A DNA stretch of 17,276 bases from Candidatus Thalassarchaeaceae archaeon. GTDB taxonomy: Archaea > Thermoplasmatota > Poseidoniia > Poseidoniales > Thalassarchaeaceae. The translations under genes and the position numbers were made by a program. Below the pieces are notes generated by a model. It was not told the origin of the DNA. It saw only the letters and a list, made by a program, of their open reading frames with translations, and did not search any database. The stretch lies in contig JASLKH010000078.1 of the NCBI GenBank assembly GCA_030747675.1, positions 1 to 17,276 of the forward strand, written 5' to 3'. Shown here one piece after another: positions 1 through 6,544 of the stretch; the stretch's first letter is position 1, and the number at the start of each line of letters is the position of its first letter.

Positions 1-2
1 AT

Positions 3-470
3 TTATCTCGTCCAGTTATCGAAGTGCGCACATTTCCAACCAACAAAATGACACACGAAATATTCTCCTTTGGGGAACAAATTGTAGTCGTTCCAGTAGA
101 CTCAGAAGCAGGACCAAGTCCCGCGAAACGCCTTGCAGCAGCCGAAGTAGCAAGAGTAGTTCAAAGATACACAGGGGCCAGAGTGCATCATGTGGATATG
201 GCCTCTGATACAGCTGCAACAATATATACAGATGAGAGTGCAATTGGTGCTATAGTAGGACAAGGCGGCTCAGGAGTCCGTGGCTTAGAAGAAGAAATTG
301 GTTTGAAATTGAAAATAAAAGGGGCGAAGGAATTACCTAAAGGAACCCGTAGAATTAGCAGTAACCCTTCTGATAATTGGGACATTCAATCTGAAAGATC
401 AGTTGGTAGCCGTTCATGGGAAAGCACATCTGGTGGTGGCCGCAGAAAGAAAGGAAAGAGGCGAAGATAA
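3..470 (+). CDS. C-terminal part (5'-truncated by window edge) of a PINA-type PIN-domain/VirB11-like ATPase with C-terminal KH domain
   Basis: Frame is open from position 3 (LSRPVIEVRTFPTNKMTHEIFSFGEQIVVVPV), matching the DLARPVIEVRDF..EIYxFGEExVVVPV segment of archaeal PINA. It is followed by a KH domain with a GxxG loop (IVGQGGSGVRGLEEEIGLKLKI). The ORF-track start at 24 is an internal GTG. Confidence 0.8.
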   Translation, partial: LSRPVIEVRTFPTNKMTHEIFSFGEQIVVVPVDSEAGPSPAKRLAAAEVARVVQRYTGARVHHVDMASDTAATIYTDESAIGAIVGQGGSGVRGLEEEIGLKLKIKGAKELPKGTRRISSNPSDNWDIQSERSVGSRSWESTSGGGRRKKGKRRR

Positions 471-521
471 TCGATATATTCACTCAAAGCCTTCTTGAAT
501 CATACCAAAGTCGCGGACATC

Positions 522-2114
522 ATGGGCGAAGAGGCTGCAGGGAAACCGCCCGTGGTTATTTTACGAGAAGAATCCACCGTCACTAGTGGAACAGCAGTCC
601 AAGAGAAATTAATTGCCGCCGCGCGAGTATTCGCAGATCTGTTACGCCCCACTTTCGGTCCAAGAGGACTTGACAAAATGTTATACAAAACAGATGGGAC
701 AACAGCAATCACAAATGATGGTGCGAAAATTATTGCTGAATTAATGGTAAAACACCCCGCAGCAAAAATGCTTGTCTCAATGGCAGAAACACAAGAAAAC
801 ACATGTGGCGACGGTGTCACTGGAACTTTACTAATGTGTTCTGAACTATTAATGGAAGCAGGACGCCTTATGGAGAAAGGCCTCCACCCCTTAGTGGTAC
901 ATTCGGGATATGAACGAGCGAGAGAAGTGTCTTTGGAAAAAATCCAAACCCTATGTATCGACGTTGATGTTAAAGACAAAGAAACGCTTCAATCAATTGC
1001 TGCAACATCACTTACTGGAAAAGGTGCAGAAGGTGCGATAAAAACACTTTCAAAATTAGTAATAAACGCCCTTATGAGCGTATCTCGCATTGAAGAAGAC
1101 GGAACACACCGTTGTGAAGCTGAAGATGTTACAATGCATAAAACTGGCAAAGGATCGATAACAGATAGTCAATTTGTGAAAGGTATAGTTATCCGCCGCC
1201 GGATATTATTAGATGCCCTACCAACCCACATTCAATCTCCAAATGTGGCAGTTTTGAATTGTGATTTAGCTCCAAGAAAACAGATACGCTCGTCAGAAAT
1301 TGAAATTGAAGAGGTAGAACAATTAGAAGCATTTTTGGAAATGGAAGAAACATTACGCGATAAATTATCAAAGTCACTTATTGCCACGGGAGCAAATGTG
1401 TTTTTATCAAGTGGAGAAATCGATAAAGGCATTCTTCACAGGTTGATGAGGTCTGGGTGCTTTGTTGTTGGCGAATTAGATGACCGAGAACTACGTAATG
1501 CAGCCGCAGCAACTGGGGCAAGGATAGTTGAATTTGCAGCAGATTTAGAGGAAACCGATGTAGGTCAAGCGGGTGAATTGAAAACCGAAAGGCGACCTAC
1601 AACTGACAAAGTCGAAGATATAATCCGATTAGTAGGTTGTATAAATCCCAAAGTAGTAACATGTGAAATAGGTGGTGCCAACGATTTGGCTACCGAAGAA
1701 ACAATTCGTGCAATTCATGACGCCCTCCGCTCAACAAGTCTAACAATCCAAGATGGAAGAATTTTGCATGGTGGAGGGGCAACACACATGGCTTGTGCTT
1801 TAGCAATTCGTGAGGCAGCAGAACGTGAACCTGGTCGTGAAAGACTAGCCATGGAAGCCTACGCCAGGGCTTTAGAAATCATCCCAATTAGCCTTGCAAA
1901 AAATGCCGGTGCAGACCCATTAGACCGGATTTTAGAACTTCGTGCCGCCCACCGATCGGGTTCAGAATCAGCAGGGATTGATTCATCAGGAAAAGTTGGA
2001 CAAACCGATGCTAGAGTTTCAGCAACAACTCTAGAATCTGCTATTGAGGCGGCTTCAGAGACATGTGGAAGCATGCTTCGAATAGATCAAGTTATCAGTG
2101 CACGTGGAGATTAA
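522..2114 (+). CDS. ths: Group II chaperonin (thermosome) subunit, divergent paralog
   Basis: PTFGPRGLDKML, ITNDGAKII, GDGVTG, helical-protrusion region, IHDAL, GGGATH, LRIDQVI. ATG at 522 (MGEEAAGKPPVVILRE) is preferred over the TTG at 495 because it matches typical thermosome N-termini. Confidence 0.92.
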   Translation: MGEEAAGKPPVVILREESTVTSGTAVQEKLIAAARVFADLLRPTFGPRGLDKMLYKTDGTTAITNDGAKIIAELMVKHPAAKMLVSMAETQENTCGDGVTGTLLMCSELLMEAGRLMEKGLHPLVVHSGYERAREVSLEKIQTLCIDVDVKDKETLQSIAATSLTGKGAEGAIKTLSKLVINALMSVSRIEEDGTHRCEAEDVTMHKTGKGSITDSQFVKGIVIRRRILLDALPTHIQSPNVAVLNCDLAPRKQIRSSEIEIEEVEQLEAFLEMEETLRDKLSKSLIATGANVFLSSGEIDKGILHRLMRSGCFVVGELDDRELRNAAAATGARIVEFAADLEETDVGQAGELKTERRPTTDKVEDIIRLVGCINPKVVTCEIGGANDLATEETIRAIHDALRSTSLTIQDGRILHGGGATHMACALAIREAAEREPGRERLAMEAYARALEIIPISLAKNAGADPLDRILELRAAHRSGSESAGIDSSGKVGQTDARVSATTLESAIEAASETCGSMLRIDQVISARGD

Positions 2115-2129
2115 ACACGGGGCTGACCC

Positions 2130-2153
2130 ACGGATGGGTTCAAAGACATCCGT
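2130..2153. promoter_or_regulatory. Inverted repeat upstream of purH (possible hairpin or operator)
   Basis: ACGGATG-GGTTCAAAGA-CATCCGT: perfect 7 bp arms with a 10 nt loop in the ths-purH spacer. Confidence 0.35.
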
Positions 2154-2180
2154 ACTTTCCATGAGTAACGGGTTCCTGCT

Positions 2181-3851
2181 ATGGTCGACCATAATCAGCC
2201 CACGCTGACATCATCAGTGCCCGGGAAAGAAGGCAATGATGCCCCACGCGCTCTAATTAGTGTATACGATAAAAAAGGGGTGACCGCCTTAGCTACAGCC
2301 CTCACTGCGATGGGTTGGCAAATCCTTTCCACAGGGGGCACGGCCCGCCTTCTCAGAGAAAATGGCCTTGAAGTAATAGATGTCACAGATGTCACAGGAC
2401 ACCCTGAAGTATTCGATGGTAGAGTGAAAACCCTGCACCCCGCAATACATGCTGCAATTCTTGCTAGAGGAGATAACCCCGCTGACATGCAGACACTTTC
2501 TGAGTTAGGATACCCTAGAATCGACTTGGTCGCTGTGAATTTATATCCTTTTGAAGAAGTTGCAGCACAAGTTCCACCTGTGAGCGAATCAGCATTAATT
2601 GAGATGATTGATATTGGGGGCCCCACCTTAGTGCGAGCCTCTGCAAAAGCCCATTCTGATGTGTTAGTTGTAACCGACCCAACTGATTACAGTGACTTAT
2701 TGGAAACATTGCAGGAGGCCAATGGTGACCCAACCGGGGTAGACATTTCTACCCGTCAACGACTTGCACTTACTGCATATCAAAGGACAGCAGCATATGA
2801 CGTTGCTCTGGCCAATATTCTAGCTAATAGATTGGAGTCACTAGCCGATGAAGCCGAAGCCACTCTACCTGAAAAACTCCTCATTAGTGGGGGAAATCGC
2901 GTACTTTTACGATACGGGGAAAACCCTCACCAACCTGCAGCCTTCTATCCAAATTCAGTAACAGAAGAGGAACCAACAGGTCTCGCCTCGGCAATCCAGC
3001 ATGGCGGAAAGGCACTATCATTCAATAATTATCTAGATCTAGATGCCGCCCTCCGCTTCTGCCGCTCATTTATTGGCCCAGAGTGGGAACAATGGCCCCA
3101 TTGTTGCATCATCATTAAACACACCAATGCATGTGGTGTAGCAATCAGTACCAAGAGTCAAGCAGAAGCATGGAAAGATGCACTTGCAAGCGACCCAGAA
3201 TCGGCATTTGGATGTGTAGTTGCATTCAACACCCCGTTGAATAAAGAAACAGCTGACACCATTGGCAACCACTTTGTTGAATGTATTATCGCCCCAGGGT
3301 ACGATGAAGGTGCTTTGGAAGAACTGTCAATCAAGAAAAACCGCCGAATGCTCACTATGGAAAACATGACACCACTCGATATGGAAGTACATTACCGCGA
3401 AATTGATGGCGGATGGTTGGCACAAACTGAAGGCGCACCAATCATTGACTGGAAGTCGGTGAAATGCGTTTCAAAGGCGCAAGCAAATGATATACTAATG
3501 GATTTGTCAAGATTCGGAGTTGCCATCTGCGCCCAAGTGAAGAGTAATTGTGTTGTTTTCGTTAAAGCCACAGAAACAGGATTTGCATCAGTAGGTATAG
3601 GGCCAGGCCAAACTAGCCGTGTTGAAGCAGTTCGAATTGCTGCACGCCGAGCCGGCCCTCGCGCTAGCGGAGCAGTTATGGTATCTGATGCATTTTTCCC
3701 ATTCAGAGATGGAATAGATGCCGCCCATGAGATGGGCATCACAACAGTAGTTCAACCGGGCGGCTCTATTAGGGACGCCGAAGTAATCGAAGCCGCTAAT
3801 GAACATGGAATGGCGATGATTTTCACTGGAACACGCTTGTTTAGGCACTAA
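2181..3851 (+). CDS. purH: Bifunctional IMP cyclohydrolase / AICAR transformylase PurH
   Basis: ALISVYDK, ILSTGGTA, GRVKTLHPAIH, VNLYPF, IDIGGPTLVRASAK, LRYGENPHQ, LSFNNYLD, KHTNACG, QVKSN, GQTSRV, SDAFFPFRDG, QPGGSIRD, terminal RLFRH. Confidence 0.97.
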   Translation: MVDHNQPTLTSSVPGKEGNDAPRALISVYDKKGVTALATALTAMGWQILSTGGTARLLRENGLEVIDVTDVTGHPEVFDGRVKTLHPAIHAAILARGDNPADMQTLSELGYPRIDLVAVNLYPFEEVAAQVPPVSESALIEMIDIGGPTLVRASAKAHSDVLVVTDPTDYSDLLETLQEANGDPTGVDISTRQRLALTAYQRTAAYDVALANILANRLESLADEAEATLPEKLLISGGNRVLLRYGENPHQPAAFYPNSVTEEEPTGLASAIQHGGKALSFNNYLDLDAALRFCRSFIGPEWEQWPHCCIIIKHTNACGVAISTKSQAEAWKDALASDPESAFGCVVAFNTPLNKETADTIGNHFVECIIAPGYDEGALEELSIKKNRRMLTMENMTPLDMEVHYREIDGGWLAQTEGAPIIDWKSVKCVSKAQANDILMDLSRFGVAICAQVKSNCVVFVKATETGFASVGIGPGQTSRVEAVRIAARRAGPRASGAVMVSDAFFPFRDGIDAAHEMGITTVVQPGGSIRDAEVIEAANEHGMAMIFTGTRLFRH

Positions 3852-5144
3852 TCAGGAACTTTTCTGAATTCGTTCTGCACCGACCCATTCATCCCAACTT
3901 GAATCGAATCCTACGTAGTGGATGAGATACTTATCGCCCATGACTTCACGAATCAATGCATCCCACCATTGCCCCTTCCACTCAACTTTGACTTGTTCTC
4001 CGGTAGAGTATGGGTTGTTGAATGGATGATCTGCAGGTGGTGTAATCCACCCAGTCGGGCCAACGACATACATTGTGTTTCGAGTTTCCACTCGTGCAGT
4101 TGCCCTTTCATCGTAGGCAATCCCCAAAATACTGGAGGTGCTTACCGCACCCTCTCCAAGTTTTGGATGCGCATATGCAAACCCCTTGAGACGCCCTTCG
4201 ACAATTTCAGCATCACGGATAATAACCTCGGGTTTCTGCTCGACAACTTCCCCCTCACTGCTGACCATGTACTTGGCCAATTCTCGGTAATCGATTTCAG
4301 AATCCATACTAATTCCAAGTTCTGAAAATTCAGTCAACACGTCACTGACAGAAATAGGTTCATCGCCGATTTCAGTGAGAATTTCGAAATATTTCTTAGC
4401 GGGAATGGTGCCCGTTCCGTTCTCATCGAACACTTGGAATGCTTCAATTAGTTCTTGTTCTGCACCCATGACACTTTCCACATATTCCTGAACTTCCACA
4501 GAATCTTCCTGCATGGCTTCGATTCGACCCCATTCAACATTATTCTCGACATCACCATCATCAAAGTGAATCATGAATGTGTGATCATCGTGTTCACTTG
4601 CAATGCGACCAGGGTAGTAGTGCCCGTAATTCTTCCAATTCACAAGAACACGATCTCCTGCACTAAATGGTGGAGCAGCGGGCCGAATAGTACCTGGAGC
4701 AGAACCAATGACGACCGCATGCTTTGTTTCCACTCGCGTGTTTTTTGGCACATCGATTTTGTATGTCCCATCATCATTAATGGCAACAACCGTACATCTA
4801 TCTAACCAACGTGCATTGGTGGGACTATGATATTCAACATGGTCGCCAACATTGAAAGAAGCTGGCAACTCAATCTCGGGTGTTGGAGGGGGAGCAGCAG
4901 GCGCAGCAGGTGCTTGATTGACCATCCCCATTTGTTGTAATGCTGTAATAACGGCAGTTGTGACCGCAGCGGGATCGTTGTTGATGACTGTGCTGTGGAC
5001 AACATCACCTCCAATTACCGAATCTTGCATACTGAGCGCTTGTTCACTGGGTGCCACTGATTCCTCAGATGTCGGTGGAGCAGGAATCCATTCGCTCCCT
5101 GTCCACATGAATTTACCATCTGGACTCAAAATAGGGTCTGACAT
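3852..5144 (-). CDS. Multidomain protein: N-terminal Trp motif, two Tudor/Agenet-like barrels, EF-hand pair, unnamed module, C-terminal Tudor-knot/chromo-barrel
   Basis: FSAGDRVLVNW..YYPGRI..F.IHFDDGD (Tudor/Agenet); EAFQVFDENGTGTI..IDYRELAKYM (calmodulin-like lobe); KYLIHYVGFDSSWDEWV..ERI (MRG15/MOF-type Tudor-knot). ATG at 5144 (MSDPILSPDG) is preferred over the GTG at 5180, which overlaps the upstream stop codon. Confidence 0.85.
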   Translation of the reverse strand: MSDPILSPDGKFMWTGSEWIPAPPTSEESVAPSEQALSMQDSVIGGDVVHSTVINNDPAAVTTAVITALQQMGMVNQAPAAPAAPPPTPEIELPASFNVGDHVEYHSPTNARWLDRCTVVAINDDGTYKIDVPKNTRVETKHAVVIGSAPGTIRPAAPPFSAGDRVLVNWKNYGHYYPGRIASEHDDHTFMIHFDDGDVENNVEWGRIEAMQEDSVEVQEYVESVMGAEQELIEAFQVFDENGTGTIPAKKYFEILTEIGDEPISVSDVLTEFSELGISMDSEIDYRELAKYMVSSEGEVVEQKPEVIIRDAEIVEGRLKGFAYAHPKLGEGAVSTSSILGIAYDERATARVETRNTMYVVGPTGWITPPADHPFNNPYSTGEQVKVEWKGQWWDALIREVMGDKYLIHYVGFDSSWDEWVGAERIQKSS

Positions 5145-5176
5145 GAAAGCAGGTCTGAATAGTGATATATGACATA

Positions 5177-5950
5177 TCACTCTAGAATCGCTCTTATTGC
5201 TGCAAGTGTTTCAGGAGTTTTGATACCCATCATTTCTTGCTCATTTGCTATTGCAATTCCGTCTACCATTTGATTATTCATAAGACATCCTTTAACCATC
5301 TCATTCGGGTAACCCAATTCTCCAGAAACTGTGCTATAGCGATTCAATTTCTCATCAAACATTTCAGTATGCAAACCATCCAGCACTCCGTCTAAAGCCC
5401 TTCTACTGGCCCAGTAAGCGCCAATATTCGTCTCACCACGTGCTGGCATTTCTGCACCATCAAGGTGGGTTTCAACTGAACCACAAACTTGCCCTGACTT
5501 ATCCCTTAGTAAAGGGGCGTATGGGTTATCCATTACTACAGTAGCCAACGTGAAATCCAAATTGTGCCTGATATGGTGCCCATAGGATCCTTCTACAGTT
5601 TTATTTTCGATCAAAGGTTGAGTACCAAATGAAACGTATACGTGCTCCACGGGCATCAACAAATGCTCAAGAGTAGTATAGACGGCGTTCCCAGTCCCTA
5701 ACGCCATCTTTTGTGTAATTATTTTACAATCAACACCCCTTAATGCATCATGATATTCAGATTCTCTACCAGGCGGAATTACAACAATCAATTGTGAGAA
5801 GTCCAATGAAGACTGCATTAACTTACCAATCACAAGTTTCGTTGCTGGCACCCCACCAATCTCTAACAGCGGCTTATGAGTAGTAACTCCACCCTCTAAC
5901 ATTCGACTTCCTTTTCCACCACAAAGAAGCACGGCAGCGAGGGCGACCAT
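5177..5950 (-). CDS. Stand-alone sugar-phosphate nucleotidyltransferase resembling the GlmU N-terminal domain, with no left-handed beta-helix domain
   Basis: AVLLCGGKGSRM..KPLLEIGG, Q..ALGTGNAV, LRDKSGQV.G.VE, ETNIGAY, EMMGI. ATG at 5950 is preceded by GGCGGGGT. The ORF-track extension to 6133 overlaps pfdA and looks non-coding. Confidence 0.8.
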   Translation of the reverse strand: MVALAAVLLCGGKGSRMLEGGVTTHKPLLEIGGVPATKLVIGKLMQSSLDFSQLIVVIPPGRESEYHDALRGVDCKIITQKMALGTGNAVYTTLEHLLMPVEHVYVSFGTQPLIENKTVEGSYGHHIRHNLDFTLATVVMDNPYAPLLRDKSGQVCGSVETHLDGAEMPARGETNIGAYWASRRALDGVLDGLHTEMFDEKLNRYSTVSGELGYPNEMVKGCLMNNQMVDGIAIANEQEMMGIKTPETLAAIRAILE

Positions 5951-6047
5951 ACCCCGCCGAAGAACACCAAGCACTTCAGAATGGCGCGAGGCCCACATCG
6001 ACGGCTTGATGACACCCAAGCGATTCGAGTAACCCGGAGGGCTATGA

Positions 6048-6536
6048 GTGGAAGCGGCTGAATTGCAAAGAATTGCACAACTCGTTGAATTAAATCGCCA
6101 GAAAATGGCACGCTTAGAGGAACAGATTAGCAAGTTACGTGAAATCCACGTTGAACAAACCGGCGTTCTTTCTGCCCTTCAGGCAATGGACAACTCAAAA
6201 CAGACCATGATTCCATTAGGCGCAGGTGTGCAATTACCAACAACATCAACCAATGATGCTGTAGTGATAGATATTGGATCCGGGATTCAAGCAGAACGTC
6301 CGAGAGAAGAGGCAATTATAATCCTTCAAACAAGAATGACAGATGTAATGGAGGTATTAACCGCCCTTGAATCAGAATTCAATTCCACAGAAAAAATGGT
6401 TATCGAACTCGCAACTACCTTCAATGAAGCTGCCAACGCTTTGAAGGCTTCCGAAGAAGAAACTACATCTGAACCTGAACCCACGCAAAAATCCAGACGG
6501 CGGCGTAGAGGGACTGAATTAACCCTTGACGATTAG
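6048..6536 (+). CDS. pfdA: Prefoldin subunit alpha
   Basis: Coiled-coil / beta-hairpin / coiled-coil layout with TMIPLGAGVQL..VVIDIGSGIQAERPREEAIIIL..R. GGAGG lies 7 nt before the GTG start. It is followed by ftsY, as is common in archaea. Confidence 0.92.
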   Translation: MEAAELQRIAQLVELNRQKMARLEEQISKLREIHVEQTGVLSALQAMDNSKQTMIPLGAGVQLPTTSTNDAVVIDIGSGIQAERPREEAIIILQTRMTDVMEVLTALESEFNSTEKMVIELATTFNEAANALKASEEETTSEPEPTQKSRRRRRGTELTLDD

Positions 6537-6544
6537 GTGATTAG

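Noticed and set aside
500-979. 159 aa minus-strand ORF, plus similar shadows at 2195-2626, 3392-3742, 3918-4325, 4455-4805, 6883-7224, 7465-7791, 10705-11187 and 11533-11973
   Set aside because: They lie antisense to well-supported genes, are Ser/Thr/Ile-rich as expected of reverse-frame translations, and show no family motifs.
2115-2180. ZMP/ZTP (pfl) riboswitch call upstream of purH
   Set aside because: The conserved pfl nucleotides and pseudoknot are not recognisable and the spacer is short; kept only as an unexplained hairpin.
3895-3915. tRNA T-loop-like TCGAATCC
   Set aside because: It is inside a CDS, lacks the GTTC start, and no cloverleaf or D-arm can be built around it.
6044-6061. 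Out-of-frame mini-ORF ATG AGT GGA AGC GGC TGA overlapping the pfdA start
   Set aside because: It is only 3 nt from the GGAGG site, whereas the GTG at 6048 has a good 7 nt spacing; no other support for a uORF.
5951-6133. 61-codon N-terminal extension of the NTase in the ORF track
   Set aside because: It overlaps pfdA on the opposite strand and the divergent promoter region; family similarity starts only at MVALAAVLL (5950).
522-6536. Thermosome and prefoldin as one chaperone operon
   Set aside because: They are about 4 kb apart and separated by purH and two opposite-strand genes.
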